From assembly GCF_018977255.1 (NCBI RefSeq), contig NW_024704742.1, positions 106,580,001 to 106,640,000 of the forward strand: a stretch of 60,000 nt of DNA. Reading direction: 5' to 3'. The notes beneath the pieces were generated by a model. That model saw only the letters and a program-made list of their open reading frames with translations. It was not told the origin of the DNA and ran no database searches. Of the stretch, positions 1-15,088 are shown piece by piece (the stretch's first letter is position 1; each line of letters opens with the position of its first letter). This DNA is from Callorhinchus milii. Taxonomy: Eukaryota. The position numbers and the translations under genes were made by a program.

Positions 1-312
1 AAAGTCCTGATGCGGGGCTTGAATCCATAACCTTCTGGCTCAGAGGCAAGAGTCCTACCAATTCAGTCATGCTGACACATCCTATAAAAGTGCCTGGATA
101 ACTGCATGTAGGGGCAGACACAGGATTTTTGAAGTACCTTTGAAAATATATATATTTTGAAGATGGGAGGGGTGGTGGGCTAAAGCAGAATAGGAACGGG
201 ACTAAATGGAGGGGGAATTCAGGTTAAGTCAGATTGGGAACCAGTAGGAATTGGGATATTTTTAATATGCCTTTAATTATTTGTGGAGGCAGTTAGCATA
301 TTGTTGAGAAGT

Positions 313-665
313 TAATAAGTAATAATAATGATCCTTGCATTTGATATAGTGCTTTTCACGTCTTCGAGACGTCTCAAAGTGCTTCACAAAATATACTGTA
401 AAGTGAATTGACTGTATCTTTTGTCGGTGAAACGTGCCAGCTAATTGCGCACAGCAGTGTCCCACAAACAGTCGTGAATTGAGTGAACACATTTTTTTAA
501 GGGATTATTGCCCCCGGAAAAGCAATCTGCAGTCAACTAACAACCAGGTTCCTCCTTACTGCTAGGTAAACAGAGTAGGAAGCGTGCTTAACATTTCGAC
601 CTGCCGGAAAATCATACCCAGGTCCTCTCGCTTGCGAGGCGAGCGCTCTAACCACTAAGCTACAG
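313..665 (-). mobile_element. tRNA-derived SINE with L2-type tail
   Basis: tRNA-like head, gtgaaaagcactatatcaaatgcaagg tail and (ATT)n end. Confidence 0.85.
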
Positions 666-1368
666 TACTTTGCTTTGCAATAAATGCTGATACTGTATAA
701 ATTATTTCTGTAAATTTTTATATTTTTATTTCCAGGAACACAGTAGATGGTTTGAATAATAAATGAATTATAAGAATAAACAACAACACATTACATTTAT
801 ACAGCACTCATTGTCAATTTTAGAGCCATATTTAAAAATAAAAATAGATAGAGGCACTGTTTTTCAACCATGTCACTGAAGCATTTATAATATTAGCAAC
901 CACGCAGCTTTACCATTGTATTTTCAAGCTTGGACCGTGCTATCCAATTGGACATTAGCTTGACAACTAAATAGGCTGACTATCAATAATGCCTTGGATT
1001 ACTGTGGATCTGAAGGATTTCGCTTGATGTGTCTCTTCAGTCACTTCAGCCACATAAAGGACTCCACTTTCCTCCACCAGGGAAGTTTTTTTTTTAAAAA
1101 TCTGCTTTGACATTGAAATAGTGAAACTTTGGTCACAAGTCTGATACTCAGACTACTGAGTTATCCAATGTTTTCAGCGTAGCCATTAGTGAACTAGTGC
1201 TATAACTATTGTAGAATGCAGTATCAAAATTGAACTGTTTATGCTTTTTAAAAGAAAAAAAATTCCATCATGTTGATATTTGTCGATCGTTGTCAACAAC
1301 CCACAGTAGTTGTGTTGAATGAATTTTAATGGCTGTATTTATTTGTTGGTAGTTTGAAAAAAATAAAG

Positions 1369-1574
1369 ATGGCAGAGGCTGAAAACAACCCGATGAAGGG
1401 AATGATTTCCCTGTTTCACGAGATTGCAGCCAAAGGAGATGTAGCAAAGCTATCTGCGATGATGAATCATTCTGAGTCTCTCATAGATGAGATTGGCGAG
1501 AAAGGCTGGAGTGCCCTGATGTACGCTTGCAGGAATGGACATTTTGAAGTGGTCCAGTTACTTCTTGAAAAAGG
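1369..1574 (+). CDS. NUDT12: NUDT12 coding exon 1 (ankyrin-repeat region)
   Basis: ATG at 1369 after acceptor AG at 1351-52; AAKGD...GWSALMYACRNGHFEVVQLLLEKG ankyrin repeats; donor GG|GTAAAG, phase 2. Confidence 0.95.
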
Positions 1575-2472
1575 GTAAAGAGGATATCTTTTCTGAACAG
1601 TTTTCATAATCACACAGAATCATTGCCAAGAGAGATTTAAGTGGTACACTGTAGCTGGGATTATAGCTTCCCATATGTGATCAGGCTTTTGTGTTATTTG
1701 GGAAATTGCTTTCATCATTTCGTAATTGAAGTCAGAAAAGCATAAACAGATTCTCTTGTAATAGCACATCTTGAGTTTCTGTTCTCACCTACAAATCCCT
1801 TCACCTCCTGGCATCTCTCCGATCTCCTCCTACCCGATCCTCTGTGCTCCCCCTCCACTCTTCTACCCCTCCAATTCACCTTATTTTATCCTCCCCCCGC
1901 ACGATCTTCCCTGCTTGGTGTCACTATCAAGCATTCAGAGACAGTATACTACATGAAGGGAGCTATATAAATGCAAGTTGGTGGTGGTGGTGCAATATTA
2001 CTTTGGGGAACCAGGTTTTACCGTTAGCATTTCATAGTGTGTGCATTACATAGTAACAACAGTTTCAGCTATTAACCAATGCAAGAATTATTATTATAAC
2101 AACTGAATGTCTTTGTTACAGTGAGATAGTGAACAGTGAGCTCCATACAGTATTCCAGATGTGCCCTCACCAAAGCCAAACACAATTTTAAAATAAATTT
2201 TCCACTGTCACATCAATCCTTGTCATACATCTCAAAAATATTTACATTTTCTACTATGTGGGTACAATGTACCAATGGTTTTAATGGCCCCAGTCTACGA
2301 AAACATTTACATTCAGCCACTATACTTTCTTCTGCCAAACCTTTACGCAATCCACTGCTTTAAACTGCATCTGTCATCTCTCTGCCTACACACTCATCCT
2401 CACCAGACATTTCTGAATTTGTACGCATTGATTCTCATTGTTGCCATTTGGTAATAATTTAAGCCGTCATTC

Positions 2473-2677
2473 CAGTCGCGACTCGTCAGATGAGGCAAGT
2501 GAGGCCTCCCTAGAATTCCCAGGCCTCTCAGCGGGAGCAAGGCCAGGAGGCAAAATGCCAAGACATTGTGTGTGCGCATATTACGATTACCTTGGTAACA
2601 AAATAGCTTGGTCAGGCAAACTCAGATTGCCTAAGGAAGTGTGCCTCACCTGTCAAAAAGCTCACCAGCCGCCACTA
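2473..2677. mobile_element. putative hAT-like MITE
   Basis: Imperfect inverted ends cagtcgcgactcgtcag...gtgaggc and gcctcac...ctcaccagccgccacta; 8-bp flanks cgtcattc and cattactt differ only by transitions. Confidence 0.45.
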
Positions 2678-4765
2678 CATTACTTTGACAGTGTTCCAGT
2701 CTCCAATAATAGTGGTTCCATACTTTAGTTTTACCATTCCAATATTTATAATATTTATAAATAATAGTGGTTTCAGTATTGACTCCCGTGTACATCACTA
2801 ACAACTGACTCTCTGTCAAATACCTCTCCACTCACCATTATCCCATTGTAATGCTATTATACCTAACTTGACATGAAGTTCAATTGGTGCTCTGCTGCTT
2901 TTGCAGTACACAAAACCACACCATTGTCCTGTGGCAGCAATTGATTTAATATGTCCACACATGTTTCCAAAGGAGAGTTTGCTTTTGTTAATAACTCTAC
3001 AACAATTAATAATAATAATTTAAAACTGGCTCATGTCAGCATTTTTATTGCACAGATACATCAGTTCTATTGCACACTAACATGTATGGAATTTATAGCC
3101 ATACTTAGGAGCATTGCATGGGCTGCATCAGTGTCCCAGAATCATGAGAGGTGCATTATGGAGGGAGTTGCACATGGTTTCTTATTTAGTCGGTGATTCA
3201 ACCTATATCTGTTATACCAGAGCAGTGCAGTGTTACAGTGAAGAGCTGCTGAATGGGTAATTGAAATCTGTTTCACTTAGTGCTGAAATAATGGCCTTTT
3301 TACATTGCATTTTATGGCCTGACATATTTGAATATGAATAAGGGGATTTGACATTGCATTTTCTTATCTTAATTTTAATGCAGTCTTGTTATATGCATTT
3401 TATCAGAACTTATTTGAGTCCTCATTATGTTTTCCAGTGCAGTGTCATTTTTCAATAGGAGTGAAATAAATTCTCATCCTGTCACTACTGGCTCCTCTGC
3501 TCTCCAAGGCATATGACTATATGAAATTTATGCATTCAGTAATGTGTTGTAAAGTAGAAATACCTTTTAAAAAATGCTCTATTTTGATTCAATTTATTCT
3601 CAGGCAAAATGTGCAAAATGTGGGTCTGATGGTAAAAATTCAATTATATATAGGTACTTTTCTTGACTTTTGATGGTTTGCTCAGGTGTCTTCAATGTTC
3701 ATTTGAGGGACACAAAACAAATCGACATCCCACCTCACACGATTACCTATTACAAAGTGACTCTCAGGGACTGGAGAGAGAATCATGCAGTATGAAAGGG
3801 CACCAATGTGAAAGGGCGTCAGTGTGAAAAGGCAGTAGTGTGGAAAGTCACATTTATTAATGTGATCAAAAACTTGCAGCAATGTTTTTTATTTAAGGTT
3901 CTGATTTTGTCATATTACCGAACTTCCAATCCAGTGTTTGTATAATCTTTCTGAGTCTTTTGTTCTCCAGAAAATAGTTTTTGAAAAAGTTACAAACTCT
4001 TGTGATTCAGAAGAGACGTATGATTAAAAGGTTCCACCTACTTTCTCAGGCTGCCAGCAAGCTATCCACCCTCAATACCGACCTACCATACGACAGCAAC
4101 TTGTTGCTTACAATGTAATTTATTAAAAGATCTTTGGTCAAGTATGTACTGCACAGAAGACAACCCAAGGTGAAACTGTTTAGTCTTTAGCTTTCTCATT
4201 GAAATGTTTAGACTTTGGTTTGGAGTCAATAATGATAATAATAATAATAATCCTTGCATTTGGTAGAGTTCCTTATCACATCATCGAGACGTCTCAAAGA
4301 GCTTCACGGGATATACTTGTAACCATTTTGTTGCTACGACCGAGCCTGGGTGACACATAATTGGAGCGACCATGTGTATTTGTAGTTGAATATTCCACCC
4401 TTCGGATGAGATGTTAAACCAAGATCCCATCTGCCTGTTCAGGTGAACGTTGAAGATCCTCGTGCACAAATCGAAAAGAGAAGGGGATCTCTCCCATTGT
4501 CCCAGCCAATAAATTCCCCAAATAAAATTGATCACTCACTCCATTGGGACATTGCTGTGTGCAACTAACTGGCTACTGTGTTTGCCTACAAAATACACAG
4601 TCAATCCACTTGACAGTATATCCTGTGAAGCTCTCTGAGACGTCTCGACAAGGCGATAAGTCGTTATATTAAATGCAAGGATTATTATTATTCATGGTTT
4701 CAACAGCTTAGAGTTTGAGTCCTGTCGAAACACCATTTGTGCTCTTAATTCTTGTCTTTTTCTAG

Positions 4766-5328
4766 CTGTGACAGCTCAATTTCAAATAATTCAGGTCAAA
4801 CTGCACTGGACATTGCCAAATTCTGGGGACACAACCACATCGTCGATTTGTTGTTGAATGCTTCAGGTGGTCCGGAAGAGTTTCACAATTTCTTCAACAG
4901 AACCTTCCTGAACCGGTTGAGTGAGAAGAGAACCGATTCAGAATGGTTAAAGGCCAAGGAGACTCATTCAGCCACAGTTTACATTCTGTTTTCCAACTTA
5001 AACCCTCTGGTTACTTCAAGCCAGCTTGGGGAATCCACAAAGAGAGGCATTTGCCTCTGCAGAGTGCGACATGAAGAGGTGGAGAAATTCTTGGTCAAAA
5101 TGGAAGCTACTCCGATTTTTCTTGGAACTGAGCTGCAGACGAGCAACATTAAGTCTTGTACAAAATCTGTGTCAGACAGTAATATGGAAATCGATGACGG
5201 ACTCGTTGCTTGGTTTGCAATCAACGTGGATAATGCTGTTGCAGAACACTTTCATAGCAAACACCCAGACTGTTTTTTTCTCCAGCCTCTCATGCCACGT
5301 CTGTTGGAGCTAAACACAGAGGAAGCTG
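4766..5328 (+). CDS. NUDT12: NUDT12 coding exon 2
   Basis: tttttctag|C acceptor; CDSSISNNSGQTALDIAKFWG...FLNRLSEKRTDSEWL...LVAWFAIN...EEA; G|GTGAGT donor; phases join 2 to 1. Confidence 0.95.
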
Positions 5329-5527
5329 GTGAGTACAAGACCAGTTGGACACTGCACTGCAGGCCTGGGCCTAACTAGCAATGTGAGCAAGGTTAATCGC
5401 AGAAAGAATTAAACAAGAGGTTAGAAAAAAAATCTTTCCACAGAATGTGGAATTCTCTACCACAAATCGTTGTTCAAGCAGAGCGAATTGATTATTTTAA
5501 ACAGGAGTTAGAAACAAAGGGGATATT

Positions 5528-5941
5528 ACACAGAGGATACAGTTCAAGATCCTGGTCCTCACTTTCAAAGCCCTCCACAGTCTTGCTCCTCCCTACCTCT
5601 CCGACCTCCTAGCCCCTACCACCCTGTTCGCTCCCTCCGCCTCATCGGGCTCCGGCCTGCTTTACCTCCCCCGCCTTGCTCGCCCCACTATTGGCGGGCG
5701 GGCCTTCTGCCACTCTGCACCCACCCTCTGGAACTCCATCCCGCAGTCCCTCCATCTCGCCCCCTCCCTCGCCACCTTCAAGACCCACCTCAAGTCCCTC
5801 CTCTTCGACTGTGCTTTCAATCTCCCTGCTTTCACCCCACCACCCCAACCCTCAGCTCAGGTCCGTAACTCTGTCCAGCATCTTGGGACGTCCTCCCGGC
5901 ATGAAAGGCGCTATACAAATGTAATTTTGTTGTGGTTGTTA
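5528..5941 (+). mobile_element. L2 LINE 3' fragment, second subfamily
   Basis: QRIQFKILVLTFKALH...; 3' UTR ctcagctcaggtccgtaactctg; ttgttg tail. Confidence 0.85.
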
Positions 5942-7542
5942 TTCCTAGTCACATATGCATCCAGCTTTTTTTTAGTATGTTATAGTGCTGTGTGCAGATT
6001 GCTGCATTCAAAATGCACAGTCACTACACTTTACAGTAAAATCATGTTTCAGATGCACTTGGAGATTTGCTCTCGAAGTGAAAGGGGCGGGTTCAAATGC
6101 AAGCATTATTTATTATAATCTTTTGACCTATCATAATTGTATTTATTATTATAATAAAAAATAATAATTCCTGCATTTGATATAGCGCCTTAACATATCA
6201 TTGAGATGTCTCAAAGCGTTTCAAAGATATACTGTTAAATGGATTGATTTGTGTACTTTTGGAGTGAAACACAGCAGCCAATTTGCACACAGCAATGTCC
6301 CACAAACAATCTTGGAGTGAATGATCAATTTTATTTGGGGGGATTGTTGGGCAGGACATTGGGAGAAACTTGTCTTTTCAAATAGTGCCATAAGAACAAC
6401 AAATTACATTTGTACAGCCTTTCACGTCATGAGGATGTCCATAGGTGCTGGGCAGTCAGGAATCCACACCTGAGCTGGTGGTTGGGATCAGGAGGGTTGG
6501 AGGGCAGGTGGGGGGAAAGTAGGATGTGTGACTGAAGGCACATTGTATAGAATCGTAGAAATTTACAGCATAGAAACAGTCCATTCGACCCTTTGAATCT
6601 GTACCACAATTCGCCCACAAATATACGATCAATTCACTTTACAGCCTATTCTGTGAAGCGCTTTGAGACTTGAGAAGACGTGAAAAGCGCTATATCAATT
6701 GCAAGGATTATAATATATTACCAATTCTCAGAGCAGATTGTTCATTCAATCCCGCTGCCTTATTTCCACACCACATATCTGCAGAACTATTCCACATATT
6801 CATAGCTATTGTGGAAGGAATTCTTTTTTTTCATGACTTTTTATTCATGACTTAATAATAATGGCCACTTCATGCCCTTTGTTTCTGTGCTCTGAGCCCA
6901 AATGAAATATTCTGCTTGGGTCTACTTTATCCATTTCTCTCCAGGATTTTAAAACTCTGTATCGTGTTTCTTTTCAGCTATTTTTTTGAAAGTCATTGCA
7001 GTTCCACCTCTTCCATTTGTTACCATCTTTGAAGAGCAGAAAAATATAGTTTTAGAAAGAGTGAGGGTAAAATATTCATAAGCTCGGACCTTCATGGAAA
7101 CATTTGACATTTATAGGTTGAAAATGAACAGTATCAGAGATTTTATGTGTCACCAATCCAATACTTCGTATAAATTATGCCCTTGTAAATTATCTTCAAT
7201 CGCATAGATTTGGAGTGCCCTGTTTTAATGGTCAACTTAGTCCTGTCCAATTTGTGATTCATCGCAGTCATTATACTAATATGCTCTGCAGTCTTTATCA
7301 TTGTTTGCTATGACCAGCTTCTTGCAGTTAAATGCATTTTAAAATCTGTAGCAGTGTTTGAACATCCTTCGGTAGAGCACAGGCATGGCTATGGTCTACA
7401 CTAACCTGAGGTCCTCTCGACATGAAAGGCGCTTTACAAATGTAATTTGTTGTTGTTTAAGCATAGCACACCCAGGTTCCTACACTGGATTAGCTGGCCT
7501 CCTGCACTAAAGATGAATCTTGGGTCATTAGGTAACTACTTA

Positions 7543-7850
7543 CGGAGTCCTGTAGCTGAGTGGTTAGAGCACCCACTTTGCAAGCGAGAGACCTGAGTTC
7601 AATTCCAGGCAGGGCGAAACCTTGGGCAAGTTTCCTTACTCCACACGCCTAATAATAATGCCTCCAAAACAAAAAACAATAATAAATTGGTCATTTTCAA
7701 TCTACGACTGTTTGTGGGACATTGCTGTACGCAATTGGCTGCCGCGTTCGCCCACAAATATACAGTCAATTCACTTTACAATGTGTTCTGTGAAGCGCTT
7801 TGGAATGTCCTCCCGACGTGAAAAGCGCTATATCAAATGCAAGGATTATT
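7543..7850 (+). mobile_element. tRNA-derived SINE, full length
   Basis: A-box gtagctgagtggttag, B-box gagttcaattcc; highly similar copies at 9586 and 17691. Confidence 0.9.
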
Positions 7851-8510
7851 TATATAGTCTAGGCTGACACTCCAATAGTGTGCTGGGGAAACCCTGTACT
7901 ATTATTGGTTGTTAAAATGACGCCCTGTCTACCTGCGCAGGTGGACATTAAACATCCCAGGGCACTTTTGAAAAGAGAAGGGTGTTTGTCCCAGTGAAGC
8001 CAATGCTGTCCTCAATTTGGCTGCCACGTTCGCCTACAAAAAAATACACAGTTACCGGACTTTACAGAAAACCCTGTAAAGCTTTTTGAGTCATCATTAA
8101 AGGGACGATATCAAATGCCAGGATTAGTGTCCTTTTGTTATAATTCAATAGAGTGCCTTTAACAGCAAGAATGTCTCAAAAGTGCTTCACAAAGTTTCTG
8201 TAAAGTGTAGTGCCTGTACATTTGTAAACAAACGCGACAGTTAATTTGTACGCTGCAATGTTATCCATGAAGGGAATTATCATTTTTCTGGATGACTTTT
8301 TCTATTGAAGGACCCGGAAGAAATTCCCTTATCTTCTCAAATACGGGGCCTATATTAACTCTATTTCTGTAGCATTTGGGAAATTCACTCTAAACCTTGA
8401 AGTCTTTTTTCTGTGCTTCTTAAAAGAACCTACATAAAACAGGCTTCAAAATTGAGACTGTTTTTAACATTTTGTCAAATTCTGAATGCTTTGAAATCTT
8501 ATATAATTAG

Positions 8511-8786
<276 letters not shown>

Positions 8787-9585
8787 TAACACAAAGTACA
8801 TACTGCATATAGTAACAAAGTGAATAATCTTGCCTTGGTACTAATATGTCTACCATTTAATTGTGTGTTTTAATGAAACACTAACTTGTCATTTTCAGAG
8901 AAGAGTGGGATATGATATTGCCTAACTGGCGTGCTACCATGGATCCATGACTTGTCGGCTTATTTCTCCCTCTTCCACTGAATTTCGGTCATCCAGCTCC
9001 TGAGAGAGATCCTTAACACACTGAAAATAGAGCAATTTATGCAACAAAAGTATTGGTGCACTATGTGTCTTGTGCACTCAGTCACCTCCACTCCATTCTC
9101 AGCTGGTACTGACTCAGTTCTGACCTTGCTCCAATCCCCAGCCACACTTTGATCGCTAATTTTGTGAAGATCGTCTTTTTAGAAAAAATATGAACACTAA
9201 AAGGGCTCTTTTACCAGAGGATTTCGCTTATTGGCGTACAGTGCAAAGAAAAGGAAGGCTCCTTTCACAAGAACAGTACTGTTACATTCTAGCACTTCAT
9301 CTCAGTCTCCACCTTCAACATCTGAATTGGCTTTGTGTTGCACAATGAGCTCAATGAATGTTTGCAGCTTTCTTTTCAAAGCTAGAATAACCAAAGAGAG
9401 AGAAAAACCTTAGCCTCAGTAATAGCAAGAACCATCTCCTTCTGCTTCAGATATGCAGAAGAACTGGCGATAAATTTAAATGTGCAGCAATCTGGTCCTG
9501 CACAAACAAATTTACTGTGAAAGTGTTCCAGAATAGTAATTTATAATAATAATAAACCTTGCATTTTTTATAGCGCCTTGTGGAG

Positions 9586-9885
9586 GGAGTCCTGTAGCTC
9601 AGTGTTTAGAGCACCTGAGTTCAATTCCAGGCAGGGCAAAACCTTGGGCAAGTTTCCTTACACCACACACCTAATAATAATCCCTCCAAAACCAAAAACA
9701 ATAAGAAATTGGTCATTTTCAATCTACAACTGGTTGTGGGACATTGCTGTGCGCAATTGGCTGCCGCGTTCGCCTACATATATACAGTCAATTCACTTTA
9801 CAGCGTGTTCTGTGAAGCGCTTTGGGACGTCTTCCCGACGTGAAAAGCGCTATATCAAATGCAAGGATTATTATTACTATTATTA
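9586..9885 (+). mobile_element. tRNA-derived SINE
   Basis: Same family as 7543 with a short deletion in the head; (ATT)n tail. Confidence 0.9.
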
Positions 9886-10354
9886 TCACATCTTTGAGAT
9901 GTCTCCAAGCTCTTCACAGAATATACTGTAAAGTGAATTGACTGTATATTTTGTGGGCAAAACATCCTACAAGATGCACAATCTGAATTTAGAAGTCTTC
10001 GAATTCACTTACAGTATCGCCACAGTTGGGAACGTGCCTTTGGGTAGTTAAAGGCATGAATAAGCTATTGGAAGACCATAGTCCATTGCTTTCTATTTCC
10101 GTTTGTTATGTGCCATAACACCTGTAGAGGGACCATGTGTATAAAATTGGACCATCCCAAGGCTGTCTTCCTACTCTCTCTGGTCACATTTTTTATATTG
10201 TTAGACAAAAGGCAGATTAGGTACTCATAAACTGTTGAACATTATGTTTGATGTATTAATCTGGATTTATAAATTAACAACAGCCATCACCTACCAGTAT
10301 TTATCAATGTTAACCAATGAATGGACTTAATAACATTGTAAAAGGGGACTTTAA

Positions 10355-10486
<132 letters not shown>

Positions 10487-10954
10487 TAGTTTAGTCATGG
10501 TTTGAGAGAAATCAATATTATTATTTTAGGATGACTTTATGAAAGCAATATGGGATAATAAACCTGTGAAAAATGATACTATTGACTTTTTGGTCTGGTC
10601 TGGTACATTGATGCAGTTCTACTGTATTGGGACTGGACCTTTCAGAACCACTCAGATCTAGGCTAATCAGATCAAGTACAATTCAGTTATATAGCCAATA
10701 TGTGTTGTAATTTTTTTAAATTGGAAATTGCCTTAATTCTGAGTTTTTTTTAATATGGCCTTTTATATTTGTGAATGATACTCTCATGGAAACTCAACAC
10801 ATATGCTCTAATTCTATCACTGATCTCCAAATCTCTATTAAAATACAAGTAGGCTTAATATTAAAGTCTCCACACAACACATTTCTAATCACATTATTCA
10901 GGCTGGTTGGTGCAGAGGGACACAGATTGGTAAATGTTAAATTTATTAAACTAA

Positions 10955-11413
<459 letters not shown>

Positions 11414-12488
11414 TAATCTCTAAGGAAGAGAAATACTCACAAGTCAAGCTGCCATGGCCAATTGTGGAAATATTTGCCAATTGTGGAAAAATTGTAGGGA
11501 AATTTGACAAATTTTGCAGAAAATTGCCGAGGTGGGGGATGTAAGTTGGTGCTATTGAGAGGTATATTTTACTGCCAACCTACATTTTTTGAAATGGGTT
11601 TGACTTGGGTTTTGTGAATGCTACAGCGAGTTCAGTTTACACGTATGACATATAACTCTCAATTTGAACATAGAAAAGTTGAGTGGGTGTTTATTTTTAT
11701 CTGCATCCTAATGTTTTTCCAGATTCAATACGTTGTGTCAAATGAGTTGTGCATTTTATATTTTAGAACAACAACAGCAACATGTATTTATGTACCGGGG
11801 GAGTGGGACTGATTGGGGAACTCTTCCAAAGAGCCCGCACAGATACGATGGGCCGAATGGCCTCCTTCTGTGCTGTAACATTCTATGATTGATTCTTTCA
11901 CGTAGGATACCATCTCGGAACACTTACCAATACTGGGTTTGGACCTCGAGTAGGGCAGAAGGGAGAACGGGAAGTATGAATCTAACTTGGTAAATTGGAA
12001 CCACAACAGAACCCCAATAACATTGCAGCCTTCAGTAGAACTCCGTTATAACACCAGGGTTGGGATGCATATAATCAATCACATAACCAATTGCATCACT
12101 ACGCTTGTATGCAGAAAACTTCAGGGATGTCAAGTCACCATCAATGTCACAAGTGACATCATGAGCCAGAAATCAGTCAACTTTAGTGAGCAGGAAGCCA
12201 GACACATGTCCACATGGACACCCATCTTGTAAGCAAAGCTGGGTGAAGGGTGCTATATAAATGCAAGTTGTTGTTGTCGTAACAGCGGTTTTATGACAAG
12301 CTTCTACAATAGCTCTTAATTGTTTTCAGAGATATTAGAAATAGAATTGAATTTGTGACAACTGGAATATTCCATCTCTATGTTTGTTTTGCTATTTTGA
12401 AAATATCAATGCTAAATATTTTAATGAATATTTTCCATAAAACCTTTAATCACTTCAGTGATAAACAAATGATTTTTTTTTATCACAG

Positions 12489-12596
12489 GTCACTGCTGTC
12501 CTCAATAAGCAAGATTATTCGTTCCTTCTGCCTCCCAGTCAAGCGATTTCACACCAGCTGATAAAACACTGGGTTAGAAGAAATGCAAATCTCTGA
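12489..12596 (+). CDS. NUDT12: NUDT12 last coding exon
   Basis: VTAVLNKQDYSFLLPPSQAISHQLIKHWVRRNANL*; TGA 12594-96; six exons total 1359 nt = 452 aa plus stop. Confidence 0.95.
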   Translation, partial: VTAVLNKQDYSFLLPPSQAISHQLIKHWVRRNANL

Positions 12597-12789
12597 AATT
12601 CCATCTGTGATGATTGTCATATTCCTGATGAACAACTGAATCCAAGTCACAACTGCTGATCCCACCACAAAATTCCCACCAAAAAAGATTAGCCAGTACT
12701 TCCAGAATGAAACCTACCTTTAACAGTACACTGACTGGCTTAAAAGACAGATCTGATTTACTTAATTTGCCTGTCATGTTAATAATGTT

Positions 12790-12795
12790 AATAAA
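12790..12795 (+). terminator. candidate NUDT12 polyadenylation signal (alternative at 13496-13501)
   Basis: AATAAA about 195 nt after the stop codon. Confidence 0.4.
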
Positions 12796-14219
12796 TACTG
12801 ATAGTTTTAGAGTGCACCTTAATTTTAAAATACTGTCTATATGGAAAAACCTTTTAATGTTCAATTAAATTAATTGGGATGTTGATAATAAGAATCCTTG
12901 CATTTGTTAATAATAATAATAATAATAAGAAGAAGAAGAATTCTTGCAATCCATAGCGCCTTATCACGTCTTCGAGACGTCTCAAAGCACTTCACAGAAT
13001 ATACTGTTAAGTGAATTGACTGTGTATTTTGTGGGTGAAAATGATACAGGAGTACTGTTGTTTCAACTGAATTGTGACAAATTGATGTATAAGTTTCTGT
13101 TGTGAAGGTGGTTTATTGAAGGTGCTTTCCTCAAGTATTGCGCCGTTTAGGTGTTTAACTTTGATGCTCTGTTTCTGGAGGTGTTTGCCAGCGGTTCTGT
13201 TGCAGCTCTTTTCCGGTTTGCTATTTTCAATTTGTTGCAAATACCAGGCTGTAACAAAGTGGCTTAAATCTGTTTTGACCTCCTCCAACAACTATCACAA
13301 GGGGTTAGGTTGGAGAACAATGAGGAAGCATCGGAGAGTTTAAATTCAACACTGCAAAGATGTGCTCCTTATACCAAACTCACTCGGTGTATTGAAAATC
13401 TTGTATCCTTTATGGGGAATGTAGCAATCTTGTTACAAGTCCTTTGAAAATATCAGCTGTGAAAAAGTAATCTCATCACATCACAAGTCAAATGCAATAA
13501 AATAGAAATCATTTTGGGATTTTAACAGAAATGATTTGATTAAAAAGCATTCTTTTCAGGGAACGTGTTGTCGTTATGTACTCTGTATATTGCACTCTAT
13601 TATAGTACTGAAAATATATGATTCTTCCTTGGATCAGTAACTCATTGTTAATAGGCCGTAAGTTTAATAAAACTATAAAATATGTATTGAGTTGAAAAGT
13701 TTTCAAACTTCCTTCAGTTGACATAAGCTGCACATGCAAACCTTTTTTTATCCAGCTTCAGCAGTATCAATTGAATTGATGTCTGATTAAAATGTTCTTT
13801 GGATTATTGTCTATTCGCTCAGCGTACTTTAGGTCCCCTGAACTTCCCAGAGTCTCTCCACTTTCCCCCCCTAATTACAAAATGCTCCTTTTGCCCGCAC
13901 CTTTCGGTCATTTTCCCTCCCTTCCCCAACTCCCGCATTCAGCTCACGTTCCCAGTCAGCTTGGTGAAGTGCTTTGTAAGGCGTTATATAAATGTGAATT
14001 GTTATTTGTTATTTTCTCTCCCCAGTGTTGAGAAGATGAGAGTTTGTTATTTTCTTTTGGTTAGGTGGGTATCTGACACAAATGGAAACCTAACACCATG
14101 CTTTAAGGGTATCCAAACAATGGAGAATTCTGCAAATTCATGCCACCTCAGCATGGAAATTTCCCTGTGTCTGGAATGGAGTGTGCACTGTCTCCCCACA
14201 GAAATTCACTCTACTTTCA

Positions 14220-14450
14220 AACAGCGAGTTTGGATCTGGAATGCATTGCCTGAAAGGGCGGTTGGTGGAAGACGATTTGATAACAACTTTCAAGAGAAAA
14301 GAATATAGTTATTTGGGGTGGATAAATTTGCAGGGCTACGGGGAGAGAGCGGGTGAGTAGGATTCATTTGGACACCTTTCAAAGAGCCGGCATGGACACG
14401 ATGGGCTGAATAGCCTCCTTCTGTGCTGTATGATTCTACGATACTATGAA
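14220..14450 (+). mobile_element. CR1 3' end
   Basis: QRVWIWNALPERAV plus gatgggctgaatagcctccttctgtgctgtatgattcta tail. Confidence 0.75.
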
Positions 14451-15088
14451 TTTTGTATTGTATACTTAGCTAATTCTGGAAGGTATTAGGTGAAGGTTGG
14501 AAAGAGCCAAGGCTTGGAGGGAACAGAGAGTGCGTTGTGGTACTTCTGTAAATTAAACCAAGCAAAAACTTGGAAAACAACTTACAGAAAACTAGGCTTC
14601 AAAATTAAGACTAAGAAATTTGCCAAATTCTGTAAGTTTTGAAATGGAAAGAAAATAGAGACCCAAGTGGAAGTTCTACTCCAATGTCATAAAATGTAAG
14701 GTTGTGCAGATTTGTTTGAAAAATTCTTAAATTCTGAAAGTCTTGGTTTGGAAGATATTTCTCTGCAGATCTTAAAACAATTCATGTTACTTTCCTCATT
14801 GGCTCCGCCACTGTCCGTAAAGTTGCACCCGGAGCAGTTCTATACTGCCCAATGAAACATTTCAAAAATGAATGAGTTTATCCTATTCCTCCTGTTGAAG
14901 ATGCAATGCAATTTACATTTATGCAATAATGATAATAATCCTTACATTTGATATAGCGCTTTTCACGTCTCCTAGATGTCTTAAAGCGCTTCACAGAATA
15001 TGCTGTAAAGTGAATTGACTGTCTATTTGTGGATGAAATGTGGCAGCCAATTGCGCACAGCAGTGTCCCACAAACAGTCGTGGATTGA

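Noticed and set aside
7543..7615. tRNA-like sequences
   Set aside because: These are SINE heads continuous with SINE bodies, not tRNA genes
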